Source of the DNA: a virus
Length of the DNA stretch: 64,000 nucleotides
Virus record (IMG/VR): IMGVR_UViG_3300008448_000002
Coordinates: 96,001 to 160,000 of that record
Reading direction: 5' to 3' (one strand)
Each line of letters starts with the position of its first letter. Position 1 is the first letter of the stretch. The notes beneath the pieces are model-generated. The model did not search any database and was not told the DNA's origin. It saw only the letters and a list, made by a program, of their open reading frames with translations. The position numbers were made by a program, and so were the translations under genes. Below, piece after piece: positions 10,276 through 19,045 of the stretch.

Positions 10276-10467
10276 ATGAGTAATGAAGTAGGGTCGTTTT
10301 TGATGGGCGCATTGTTTGGAGTATGCGCGTTACTAGTAATTGGTAGTAAAGTTCATCAATCAACTCTGGCAGACAAAGACTTATACAGGTTTTGTCTTTA
10401 TAACAAAATAGATTTGCCCAACTGTAAATTACCCCCAAAACCATTGGATGCTAATGAGAAAAAATAA
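10276..10467 (+). CDS. Small membrane protein
   Basis: AAGGA SD; N-terminal hydrophobic helix FLMGALFGVCALLVIG. Confidence 0.55.
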   Translation: MSNEVGSFLMGALFGVCALLVIGSKVHQSTLADKDLYRFCLYNKIDLPNCKLPPKPLDANEKK

Positions 10468-10639
10468 CATACCTAAAGATTCACTAGATAATGCCTATCG
10501 GATGTTTTTTGAGGATAAAGGTATCAAAAGACTTTATGAAATATTTAATTCCACTAGTAAGCCAATACCACCAGACATCGCTAATCTAATTGAAAAGTAT
10601 AAAGAGAAAAATAATGAAAAGATACGCACTATTAGGTAG
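10448..10639 (+). CDS. Hypothetical protein
   Basis: ORF fills the gap in a tightly packed operon. Confidence 0.45.
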   Translation: MLMRKNNIPKDSLDNAYRMFFEDKGIKRLYEIFNSTSKPIPPDIANLIEKYKEKNNEKIRTIR

Positions 10640-11282
10640 CATTAAAAATACACAGAAGTCATTATCTCCTTTTATTCATAATACATGGATGAAACATTAT
10701 GGTATTGATGGTGAATATGTAATCTTTCCTTGGGACGACATTGCCGATACGCATACGGCACAAGCAGAATTAGGACGTATACCAAAACTGCGTGGATTTA
10801 ATATAACAACACCCTATAAAAACAGATATGGCGGAAATACATTTGTTATCAATAGATTTTCCGGTGATAAGGTGTTTGATACTGATACATATGGTTTTAG
10901 AATGGCGTTTTTACAATACGATGTTGAAGCCAGAAAATCGCGGTATGTTGCGATTCTGGGCGATGGATTTATTGCCAAGAAGATACAAAGTTATCTAAAA
11001 ACAATAGATATAGATTGTGTTATGTTTTCTCGTGCCAATTTAGAGATACTGAAATTATCTGATATCTCACTTCCAAATGATGTATTTCAAATAAACGCAA
11101 CATCTAGTGATTTTGAAATACCCAATGGCATTAGTGTAAACTATGATAAAGATACGAAAGTCGATGATTTCTCAATACAAATGTTAATACATCAAGCAGC
11201 AGCAACATTTAAATACTGGCATGGATTTTTACCAGACACTACGTTAATGGAAAATGCTTTGAAAAAACATCTATCACAATAA
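10614..11282 (+). CDS. aroE: Shikimate dehydrogenase (AroE)-like protein, compact and divergent
   Basis: SLSPFIHN, GFNITTPYK (catalytic Lys), NT, DTDxYGF, ILGDG Rossmann entry, INATS, MLIHQAAATFKYWHG. The ATG at 10614 is a better start than the TTG at 10590. Confidence 0.8.
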   Translation: MKRYALLGSIKNTQKSLSPFIHNTWMKHYGIDGEYVIFPWDDIADTHTAQAELGRIPKLRGFNITTPYKNRYGGNTFVINRFSGDKVFDTDTYGFRMAFLQYDVEARKSRYVAILGDGFIAKKIQSYLKTIDIDCVMFSRANLEILKLSDISLPNDVFQINATSSDFEIPNGISVNYDKDTKVDDFSIQMLIHQAAATFKYWHGFLPDTTLMENALKKHLSQ

Positions 11283-11343
11283 AAATAACTATTGACAAAC
11301 CTTTTGATTGTGATAAATAGAATAAACGAAAGGAATTAAAATA

Positions 11344-11661
11344 ATGGCTGAGAAAATTAAATGGAAAGCTGGGGAAATGGACCAGTTCACGGGTAAATTT
11401 GGACAGACATGGCCAGTAGGATGGGTAGATGGTCGTGACGTTTTTCGCATAAAATGTGATACCGATTATTATCAACGCAAAGAAGGGCATAAGCCATTAA
11501 AATTAAAAGCAACAATTTTGGCACAGACCGATGAAGAAAAAAAGAAAAAAGGTAAATATGTATCGGTTACTTTTAGTAAAGAATTTAAAACAATAGACGA
11601 ACTTAAAAAAGCCGCACAAAAATTGTTCGATGACCATACTGAAAAGTTTATCGAACAATAA
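11344..11661 (+). CDS. Hypothetical early protein
   Basis: ORF with AAGGA SD directly behind a sigma70-like promoter. Confidence 0.65.
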   Translation: MAEKIKWKAGEMDQFTGKFGQTWPVGWVDGRDVFRIKCDTDYYQRKEGHKPLKLKATILAQTDEEKKKKGKYVSVTFSKEFKTIDELKKAAQKLFDDHTEKFIEQ

Positions 11662-11678
11662 ATATTTTAAAATAACTA

Positions 11679-11706
11679 TTGACAAAGTAAAAATTTGTGT
11701 TATTGT
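11679..11706 (+). promoter_or_regulatory. Sigma70-like promoter
   Basis: TTGACA-N16-TATTGT with extended TG. Confidence 0.6.
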
Positions 11707-11753
11707 ACTTATATCGAAGGGGAATTATCTTCTAAAATATAAAGGAATATACC

Positions 11754-12035
11754 ATGACTGAACAAGAAACAAAAGATTATCTAAAATCACATGGTTGGGT
11801 ATCAGATAAGTATGATGCTTTCTATAAAGAGTTTGAAATAATCAATGGGGTATCAGAAGCATCTTTACGATTAATTGATGGAAAAATTACAATTCCAAGC
11901 TATTATAGTGAAGGAAGAAACATTTTATTAACTTGTGATGGTGCTACAAATAATCATGATGTTGTAAAAACATTACAAGATATTTATGATAAAATTGATG
12001 CCTCATATGCGAGAAAATTGTTTTTGACTAAATAG
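11754..12035 (+). CDS. Hypothetical early protein
   Basis: ORF with AAGGA SD behind a sigma70-like promoter. Confidence 0.65.
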   Translation: MTEQETKDYLKSHGWVSDKYDAFYKEFEIINGVSEASLRLIDGKITIPSYYSEGRNILLTCDGATNNHDVVKTLQDIYDKIDASYARKLFLTK

Positions 12036-12040
12036 TAAAC

Positions 12041-12116
12041 CTTCCCATAGACTAGCGGTTTAGGTCGCCATCCTTTCACGATGGAAGCACCAGTTCAAAT
12101 CTGGTTGAGAAGACCA
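12041..12116 (+). tRNA. tRNA-Glu(UUC)
   Basis: CCATC-CTTTCAC-GATGG anticodon arm, ACCAG-TTCAAAT-CTGGT T-arm, encoded CCA; one C5.A68 acceptor mismatch. Confidence 0.9.
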
Positions 12117-12127
12117 TTCTTATAAAT

Positions 12128-12215
12128 GCCCTCGTGGCGGAATCGGTAGACGCAACAGACTTAAAATCTGTCGGGATTTATTCCCGTACCCGTTCAAGTC
12201 GGGTCGAGGGCACCA
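12128..12215 (+). tRNA. tRNA-Leu(UAA)
   Basis: GCCCTCG/CGAGGGC acceptor, ACAGA-CTTAAAA-TCTGT anticodon arm, long variable arm, encoded CCA. Confidence 0.95.
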
Positions 12216-12228
12216 TTCCTAATATATT

Positions 12229-12304
12229 GCCCAGATAGCTCAGTTGGTAGAGCACGAGTTTGAAGAACTCGGTGTGATTGGTTCGATTCCAATTCTGGGC
12301 ACCA
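12229..12304 (+). tRNA. tRNA-Phe(GAA)
   Basis: GCCCAGA/TCTGGGC acceptor, CGAGT-TTGAAGA-ACTCG anticodon arm, TTCGATT T-loop, encoded CCA. Confidence 0.95.
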
Positions 12305-12319
12305 TTCTTATAATTTATA

Positions 12320-12348
12320 TTGACTAAATAATATGATTATAGTATGAT
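12320..12348 (+). promoter_or_regulatory. Sigma70-like promoter (tRNA-Thr/Tyr)
   Basis: TTGACT-N17-TATGAT. Confidence 0.65.
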
Positions 12349-12361
12349 TAATAAATATATT

Positions 12362-12435
12362 GCCCTTATAGTTAAAAGGTATAACAAGAGTTTTGTAAAC
12401 TTTAGTTATCAGTTCGATTCTGGTTGGGGGCACCA
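12362..12435 (+). tRNA. tRNA-Thr(UGU)
   Basis: GCCCTTA/TGGGGGC acceptor, AGAGT-TTTGTAA-ACTTT anticodon arm, TTCGATT T-loop, encoded CCA. Confidence 0.9.
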
Positions 12436-12443
12436 TTTTTTAA

Positions 12444-12531
12444 GGGTGGTTATCCCAATAGAGGGTTGGAACGGGCTGTAAACCCGTTGTCTGTATGGAC
12501 TCCGAAGGCGCAACTCCTTCGCCACCCACCA
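12444..12531 (+). tRNA. tRNA-Tyr(GUA)
   Basis: GGGTGGT/GCCACCC acceptor, ACGGG-CTGTAAA-CCCGT anticodon arm, long variable arm, encoded CCA; atypical T-loop CGCAACT. Confidence 0.85.
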
Positions 12532-12537
12532 TTTCAT

Positions 12538-13980
12538 TTAAGTTATTTTAATTCTTTTGGATGAATATCTATTTGTTATAACTTGTTTTACTTCTTTCAA
12601 TATATTATCTTTATTATCTGTTATTCTTTTGATTTTGATATCATTTGATATTCTTTGATAATTAATGTCATCACAAGAAAGATTAAAAACAAAATTATTG
12701 TATTCATTATTTTTCAATATTATTGTGGTTTTTATTGTAATGTCATTGTAATTTATGTCATATTGTTTTGCTAAATCATGTTCAAAATCTAAGAGAATGG
12801 TGATATTTGATGATGATTCGACTTCTGGCACAGAATATTTTGGTAAATTATCTCCATTTATTCTAAATATAAAACAGAATAAACTAAAGTTTATATCTAA
12901 ATATATCGGATTTATACTATCATTTAATATTTTATTATCACTTTTTATAGTATTTAAAACATCTCTTAGAGTTAAATCCTTGAGATTTTTATAATTGATG
13001 TTGGTGTTGTTGAAATAATTTCTTATGATATAATCAATCTCATTATATCCTTGCCCACCGAATGTATAGTCGTTTCCTCTGTATTTTTTAAAATCGTCTT
13101 TATTGTCGAATATTTCCTCCACTTGGTAATCAACCGCATCGGGAGACAAGAGTATTTCTTTTTGACTCCAGAAGTTCAAATTGGGAAGATTTCTGAAATC
13201 GGCAATAACGATTGATGGGTCTGTTATCTTGTATTTTAATAATATATAAAATCCATTCTTTTCATCTTTTACAAAGTCTTGGGGATTCATGAACCCTTTG
13301 GCAATTGATTTATCGGCACTCCAACTCGATATTTTAGTAAACCTTACTTTAGGAAAACTTCCCACATACCATTTCTTCAAAAACTTATCTCTATCTTTAA
13401 TTTTCGCTCCATCATAGAATAATCCCCTATACACATATGTGGGTAAGTTTTTTTCGTCAACTGTTAATTTTCTTAAATGACTCCATGCGTTCGGGTCAAC
13501 TTTATTTTTTGCCATCGAAGTATATTTTATAATTTCTTTTATTAATTCTTTATATGAGTCTGTCTCATATCCTTTATGAAGAGAATCTTTTGATAATTTT
13601 TTGTCTTGATAACTGTTTTTGACATTTCTTATAGTTATGTACTGTATTATATCTTTTTTCAATTTTTCCCAATTATCAATTATATATCGTTTTACCTCAT
13701 TACTGATGATATGGTTATCCTTGATAAACAGTTCGGCGGTACTAATTATGTTTGTATTTTTATTAATAATATCAATAGGTTTGTTAATTCCGACTATTAA
13801 TCCTGACCATTTGTTATTAAAATAATCTATAAATGACTTATATTTTTCATTTAACTCAATATTTGTTGGGTTTAACACTCCTCGTTTATCAACCCCGCCA
13901 CTTTTGAAGTCTGTTTTCTTTAAATTACTTGGATTATTTTTATAATAATCTTGTATTTTATTTAGTTCTACTAATCTCAT
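12538..13980 (-). CDS. Putative R-S-E-class ADP-ribosyltransferase-domain protein
   Basis: YVYRGL, ISSWS and SQKEILL motifs in the expected order and spacing; MRLVEL leader; TAAATA upstream. Confidence 0.6.
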   Translation of the reverse strand: MRLVELNKIQDYYKNNPSNLKKTDFKSGGVDKRGVLNPTNIELNEKYKSFIDYFNNKWSGLIVGINKPIDIINKNTNIISTAELFIKDNHIISNEVKRYIIDNWEKLKKDIIQYITIRNVKNSYQDKKLSKDSLHKGYETDSYKELIKEIIKYTSMAKNKVDPNAWSHLRKLTVDEKNLPTYVYRGLFYDGAKIKDRDKFLKKWYVGSFPKVRFTKISSWSADKSIAKGFMNPQDFVKDEKNGFYILLKYKITDPSIVIADFRNLPNLNFWSQKEILLSPDAVDYQVEEIFDNKDDFKKYRGNDYTFGGQGYNEIDYIIRNYFNNTNINYKNLKDLTLRDVLNTIKSDNKILNDSINPIYLDINFSLFCFIFRINGDNLPKYSVPEVESSSNITILLDFEHDLAKQYDINYNDITIKTTIILKNNEYNNFVFNLSCDDINYQRISNDIKIKRITDNKDNILKEVKQVITNRYSSKRIKIT

Positions 13981-14004
13981 TTATTTATTACCTAAATATG
14001 TCTA

Positions 14005-14033
14005 TTGACATCATTCAATTTACATCCTATAGT
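14005..14033 (+). promoter_or_regulatory. Sigma70-like promoter (glycosylase operon)
   Basis: TTGACA-N17-TATAGT. Confidence 0.7.
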
Positions 14034-14111
14034 ATATTTATAATAATTTGGTAACTAAATAATATCACCGCAAGGTAGATGATTAGATTGCCCATCAATA
14101 GAACCATTTTT

Positions 14112-14615
14112 ATGAACATTTTTATTTCTGATTTATCCCCAATAGTTTCTGCCCAAAATCTCGATAATAAAAGGGTTGTTAAAATGGTATTAGAAACCGC
14201 ACAGTTGCTTTCTACTGCTATTGAATCATATACTCAATATCCTCCTACATTATTATATAAACCAACGCATATAAACCATCCTATCACAAAATGGTGTCAA
14301 GAAAATCACGATAATTTTTTATGGGTATATAATCATTTTCTTGCTTTATGTGACGAATATACATATCGTTTTCAAAAACCACATAAAACAATTGTACAAA
14401 TTAAACCATTATTGGAAAATATAATTATTAATAATGGTAATTCACCGACAAATTATCAAAATAGTGCCAGACATAAAGAAAAAGGTATTGACTTTAGTCA
14501 TGAACCTGATATAACAATAGCATATCAGAAGTATCTTAATGCGAGATGGAAAACTGATAAATTAATACCAAAGTGGACACGGAGAAATCCCCCATCTTGG
14601 AAATACGAAATTTAA
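14112..14615 (+). CDS. Pyrimidine-dimer DNA glycosylase family protein
   Basis: MNIF start (ATG 14112), DNKRVVKMVLETAQLLS, YKPTHINHP-x-x-x-W, LCDEYTYRF, C-terminal KWTRRNPPSW. Confidence 0.8.
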   Translation: MNIFISDLSPIVSAQNLDNKRVVKMVLETAQLLSTAIESYTQYPPTLLYKPTHINHPITKWCQENHDNFLWVYNHFLALCDEYTYRFQKPHKTIVQIKPLLENIIINNGNSPTNYQNSARHKEKGIDFSHEPDITIAYQKYLNARWKTDKLIPKWTRRNPPSWKYEI

Positions 14616-14619
14616 AATA

Positions 14620-14856
14620 ATGGAACAAAATATGACTACACAATTAAAAACTATTCCCGTAGAATCAACAATGATTGAATCTATTGTATATAATACTCAA
14701 GAGAACGTTCTTGTTGTTGATTTTAAAAACGGTACAAAATACACATATGAAAATGTGCCATTGAATGAAGTTGAAAATCTTGAGACAGCACAGTCAAAAG
14801 GTAAATACCTCAATGAAAATATCAAAGGTAAATATACTTTTACAAAAACTCAATAG
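14620..14856 (+). CDS. KTSC domain protein
   Basis: VESTMIESIVY...L-x-V-x-FKNG-x-x-Y-x-Y-x-NVP...SKGKYLN-x-x-IKGKY. Confidence 0.9.
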   Translation: MEQNMTTQLKTIPVESTMIESIVYNTQENVLVVDFKNGTKYTYENVPLNEVENLETAQSKGKYLNENIKGKYTFTKTQ

Positions 14857-14864
14857 GTAAACTC

Positions 14865-15023
14865 ATGATTTACGCATTAAATGCCTTAATTATCACACTA
14901 TTCTTTTATGTTATTAATTATAGGTTACTTCCAAGAATTAGTAAACTAGAAGACCGAATTAAAGTATTAGAGAGTCATAATGGCATTTCTAATACTGGAA
15001 CAACTTTTGATGAATTTATTTAA
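14865..15023 (+). CDS. Small membrane protein (52 aa, not in ORF track)
   Basis: ATG 14865 to TAA 15021; N-terminal hydrophobic helix. Confidence 0.5.
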   Translation: MIYALNALIITLFFYVINYRLLPRISKLEDRIKVLESHNGISNTGTTFDEFI

Positions 15024-15028
15024 TTACC

Positions 15029-15424
15029 ATGCCACAGAAAGCATTTGATAATTGGATTCATTCGATGATTTCAGGGGATGTTAGTAGGATTGTCTCGTTA
15101 TATAATGATGATTCAATTCTACTACCAACCTTTTCTCATATAATTCATGAAACAAATGATAAAAAGATAGAATATTTTAAGGCAATATCAACCTTACAAA
15201 ATCTTTCTATTGTTGTAAAAGAACAATATGTTCAGGTATTTGACAATTTTGCTACTATAAGTGGTATATATACTTTTATCCATGATACAGTAATCCATAC
15301 TGAAATAAACGCTAGATTTACATTTGTATATTTATTAAAGGATAATGAGTATAAAATAGTAAACCATCATTCTTCACCTTTATCGGGTGAATTGAGCAAC
15401 AGTAGTTTCAAGGATTTTAATTAA
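15029..15424 (+). CDS. NTF2/SnoaL-like fold protein (DUF4440/CaMKII association-like)
   Basis: W...GD...IVSLY..DSILLPT, ARFTFVY and KIVNHHSS signature. Confidence 0.75.
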   Translation: MPQKAFDNWIHSMISGDVSRIVSLYNDDSILLPTFSHIIHETNDKKIEYFKAISTLQNLSIVVKEQYVQVFDNFATISGIYTFIHDTVIHTEINARFTFVYLLKDNEYKIVNHHSSPLSGELSNSSFKDFN

Positions 15425-15817
15425 ATGTTTAACTTCAAAAAACAACAAGATAATCCTAGAATTGTATTAAAAGATGGTATATTAAAGGAAGAGGATATTT
15501 TCGCAAAAAGAAAACCTAATGGAAAATATCATGAACCTTGGAAAATAGCATTACTAGAACCCGAATGTAAAGAAATTGGACCATATGGATATTCTGACTA
15601 TTTGGGTGCTACTGTAGCTGTCCCTAGAACAAGTTCTTTATTTTCTGCCAGCACTCATTATGTAAAGAGGGCAGTAGTGGCGGTAAATGCCTGTCAAGGA
15701 TTATCTAATGAGGCATTAGAAGATGATGTAATAAAAGAGATGATAGATTATCTAAAGAAAATAGAAAATAAAGACGAAACAGTATTAAACATTTTAATTA
15801 AATTAGAGAGTAAATAA
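15425..15817 (+). CDS. Hypothetical protein
   Basis: ORF abutting neighbours in an operon. Confidence 0.6.
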   Translation: MFNFKKQQDNPRIVLKDGILKEEDIFAKRKPNGKYHEPWKIALLEPECKEIGPYGYSDYLGATVAVPRTSSLFSASTHYVKRAVVAVNACQGLSNEALEDDVIKEMIDYLKKIENKDETVLNILIKLESK

Positions 15818-15999
15818 TGTCACTTAAAAACTTTGAAGTTGTTACTATTGATTTCATGAGTAGTAAAACAGTATATGTCAATGGTTATGATGAAGATAAT
15901 GTAACAACCGTGATATGTGAGTTATCCACGGAAAACCCAGAACTTGATTTATTATATGCTAATAAAATTGTCAATTTATTAAACATGGAGAGAAAATAA
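15817..15999 (+). CDS. Hypothetical protein
   Basis: Stop/start overlap (TAATG) on both sides. Confidence 0.55.
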   Translation: MSLKNFEVVTIDFMSSKTVYVNGYDEDNVTTVICELSTENPELDLLYANKIVNLLNMERK

Positions 16000-16376
16000 T
16001 GTCAGAATTTTTACCCGTTGATGAGGCAAAAAAGAAACGAGATTTTTGGTTTCATTTTGATGGACCAGATTTTTCCTACAAAGACGATGATGGATTTTAC
16101 CACTATATCATTCATGGGAATGATGGTAAGCCTTATGTGGATAAATTAAAGGGCTTAAATGCTGTATATTTTCACCACTATTATTTTGAAGATTTTTTAA
16201 TTTATGAAGATGAAAATAAATATTTTCATTTATTAAAAGGTGGAAGAGATTTATTATATGGTAAGAAAGCCATTAGATGTTATAGTCCAAAATCATGGAA
16301 TTATGAATATATGACAGAGGATGGCGAATATTATATTATTGATAGAAATGAAAAACATATTAAAATAGAAAGATAA
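15999..16376 (+). CDS. Hypothetical aromatic-rich protein
   Basis: TAATG coupling to the upstream ORF. Confidence 0.6.
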   Translation: MSEFLPVDEAKKKRDFWFHFDGPDFSYKDDDGFYHYIIHGNDGKPYVDKLKGLNAVYFHHYYFEDFLIYEDENKYFHLLKGGRDLLYGKKAIRCYSPKSWNYEYMTEDGEYYIIDRNEKHIKIER

Positions 16377-16379
16377 TTT

Positions 16380-16850
16380 ATGTCAAAGTTTAAAGTTGGC
16401 GATGTCGCAGTATTTTACAAGATACAAAGAACAGATGTATTTGGTTCTTTGGAAAAATTAGACTTCACTCTTGTTTTTATTTCAAAGGTTGGTAGAAACT
16501 AAGTCATCACCCACCTAGGTCAGCGTTTCATAAGTAATAAAAATATGTGGTTTTCGGAAAAACATGTATGGGAACATGACAATGAGTATATTCTTGTTAA
16601 ACCTAGTGAAATTAAGAAAAAGTTTATTGGGCGCGGCCTTGAATTGTGGAAGAAATACAAAAAAGAAAGCCTTGAAGACAGAATAAAAAATGAAATTAGA
16701 AAAAAAATAGAAGACTCTGGTTATAATCGGCGGGGCTATGACGAAATGATGATAGAAAGAATCAACTTTGAAATAAATCCAGAAATACTTAAAGAACATA
16801 AAGATGTTATTAAAGAAATTATTAAAGAAGAAGGATGGGACAGTGACTAA
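16380..16850 (+). pseudogene. Gene interrupted by one in-frame TAA (16500-16502)
   Basis: ATG 16380 (MSKFKVGD...SKVGRN*VITHLGQRF...) is in frame with the 16545-16850 ORF; the single stop is the only break in 156 codons. Confidence 0.6.
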
Positions 16851-17028
16851 TAACAAAAAATGTCCCTATTGTAATAAGAAAATCATAGGGCATCCTAATA
16901 AAAAGTTTTGTAATCAATCGCATAAGGATAAGTATCACAATAATACAAATCCAAGAGGTTATTATAAACATCTTAAAGAAAAAGACTACGATGAAGATTC
17001 TAGTTGGGATGCCCATAAAAGTTATTGA
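16843..17028 (+). CDS. Small zinc-finger-like protein
   Basis: KKCPYCNKKIIGHPNKKFCNQSHKDKYHN (C-x2-C...C-x3-H); likely GTG start at 16843 overlapping the upstream stop, exact start uncertain. Confidence 0.65.
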   Translation: MTNNKKCPYCNKKIIGHPNKKFCNQSHKDKYHNNTNPRGYYKHLKEKDYDEDSSWDAHKSY

Positions 17029-17059
17029 CAACTTATAACGATATGATTTAATATAAAAA

Positions 17060-17995
17060 ATGACTAAAATAAATAATATTTGTAACAATTTATGGGAAAT
17101 AGAAGAATATATTCCAAAATGGGTTAATAAGACAGACATAAATCTTGACCAATTTTTCACAAGCGAAAATACAGCCAATAGTTGTCTTGAATCATTAATT
17201 CAACAATTAAATAAAGATAGTAAAAAAATTGACGATTACATATTTATAGAACCATCGGCAGGTATGGGTTCATTTTATGATATACTTCCACTAGATAAAA
17301 AGATTGGAATAGATGTTGATAAAATAAGAGATGAATACATACACATTGATTTTTTATCATGGAAACCTGAACCGAATAATAAATACATAACAATTGGTAA
17401 TCCTCCGTTTGGTAATAGGTCATGGTTGGCACTATCTTTTATAAATCATGCCGCCAAGTTTTCTGATTATGTTGCCTTTATTTTGCCAGCGGGATTTCAA
17501 AGTATAGGAAAAGGAAGCCTACAAAATAGAGTTAATGAGGTTAATCTAGTATATTCTGAAATATTGCCGCAAGAAAAATTTGTCGATAAATCAGGAAATA
17601 CTAGAAAAATAAACTGTGTCTGGCAAATATGGTCTAAAGAAAAGATTGATACAGTGATTAAGAAGACCTGTAATGAGTATATTGAACTTTTTACCATATC
17701 CAATACAAAAGACAGAATATGCGGATTCAATAAATTAGAAAAAGCAGATTATCTACTACAACGCTCATATTTCGGAGAATGTACTCCAAAATTGGTGAAA
17801 ACATTCGATGAAGTAAAGTATGGATGCGGATATGGAATAATTATTCATAAAAATAAAAAAGAAATAACAGAAATATTGAATAATGCGAATTGGAATAGAT
17901 ATAGTAATCTTTCTTCTACCCACTGTAGGCATATAAGTATGTATCATATACAGAATTGTCTTATTGATAATGGATTTGTTGACCAAGAAAAATAA
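17060..17995 (+). CDS. Putative N6-adenine DNA methyltransferase
   Basis: DQFFT, IEPSAGMGSF (SAM binding), IGNPPFG (catalytic motif IV), VAFILP. Confidence 0.8.
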   Translation: MTKINNICNNLWEIEEYIPKWVNKTDINLDQFFTSENTANSCLESLIQQLNKDSKKIDDYIFIEPSAGMGSFYDILPLDKKIGIDVDKIRDEYIHIDFLSWKPEPNNKYITIGNPPFGNRSWLALSFINHAAKFSDYVAFILPAGFQSIGKGSLQNRVNEVNLVYSEILPQEKFVDKSGNTRKINCVWQIWSKEKIDTVIKKTCNEYIELFTISNTKDRICGFNKLEKADYLLQRSYFGECTPKLVKTFDEVKYGCGYGIIIHKNKKEITEILNNANWNRYSNLSSTHCRHISMYHIQNCLIDNGFVDQEK

Positions 17996-17998
17996 TCA

Positions 17999-18026
17999 TT
18001 GACAACCTAATTTTTTGTGATATTCT
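17999..18026 (+). promoter_or_regulatory. Sigma70-like promoter
   Basis: TTGACA-N16-TATTCT with extended TG. Confidence 0.6.
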
Positions 18027-18071
18027 CCTTGTATCAAAGAGGGAATTATCCCTTAATAAAGGAATATCGTA

Positions 18072-18314
18072 ATGTCAAAAACAATCACAACGATGGATGG
18101 TTTTAAGAAATACATTAAAACATTAACAATAGAAGAATTAAATGACTACGGCAAGGATTTAGAACAAAAAATTAAAAACGCTCGTAGTCCTTCGGTTAAA
18201 CTAGGATATGCTATGGGAATAGATGCTATATTTATTGAAATAGCAATGCGAGAAGTTTCTCAAGAATCATTAGAAATGTCTGATGATGAATTACTCGCCG
18301 AATTACTATCATAG
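18072..18314 (+). CDS. Hypothetical early protein
   Basis: AAGGA SD, behind a sigma70-like promoter. Confidence 0.65.
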   Translation: MSKTITTMDGFKKYIKTLTIEELNDYGKDLEQKIKNARSPSVKLGYAMGIDAIFIEIAMREVSQESLEMSDDELLAELLS

Positions 18315-18332
18315 AATATAAAGGAATATATC

Positions 18333-19010
18333 ATGAAACAAATTACATTAAGCGGATTGGCAATAGGGCTTACTATTATGACAATCATTTGCTCAATCGG
18401 TGCGGCTTTAATTTCACTGTTTTTAGGCGATTTTATAGCTTTTCTTACACTTCAAGAGCCTCCTTATAATTTTTTGTTTGCGTTGTCTTTTTTAATTCTC
18501 TGTACATGGTTTCTTTATGGCTCTGTAAAAAAGGATGAAGCCATAAAAGAATATTTGCTCTATAAAACCAGGAATCATGAAAAAACTATTAGATACTTAA
18601 AGGCAGATGAAAAATTATCTAATCACTATAGGTCTGGAACGGTTTATTGTGGCGGAAGAGATTTAAGTAATGGAAGAAGAGTTTCAAGAGATGAATCAAG
18701 AGAAATATCAAACTATTACTTTGAAAGAGAAAACAGAATTAAAACAGAATATGATGAAAGCTATGTTGACTGGCTTAGATTTGTTGAATCTCGTGGATAT
18801 AAAGGGTTTATAAAAAGATATATTGATAGAAAAATCAGTTATTATAATAATAAACAAAAACGAGAAATCAAAACAAAGAAAGAAAAGGAAAGAATAGAAG
18901 AGTTTGAAAGAAAGACCACACTAGATGTTTTTAAAACGCAAGAAAATTATGAAAAATGGCTACATGCGAGTGAAGACGAACGCATTTCAATATTACGAGC
19001 ACTCAATTAA
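18333..19010 (+). CDS. Membrane protein, two N-terminal TM helices and a basic tail
   Basis: Hydrophobic residues about 5-35 and 45-62; AAGGA SD. Confidence 0.65.
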   Translation: MKQITLSGLAIGLTIMTIICSIGAALISLFLGDFIAFLTLQEPPYNFLFALSFLILCTWFLYGSVKKDEAIKEYLLYKTRNHEKTIRYLKADEKLSNHYRSGTVYCGGRDLSNGRRVSRDESREISNYYFERENRIKTEYDESYVDWLRFVESRGYKGFIKRYIDRKISYYNNKQKREIKTKKEKERIEEFERKTTLDVFKTQENYEKWLHASEDERISILRALN

Positions 19011-19045
19011 TCAAAGTCGTTTAGTTTAAACAAGGAAAACCTATT

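Noticed and set aside
12041-12116. C5.A68 mismatch in tRNA-Glu as a sign of decay
   Set aside because: Single mismatch with all other arms and CCA intact; within normal variation for phage tRNAs.
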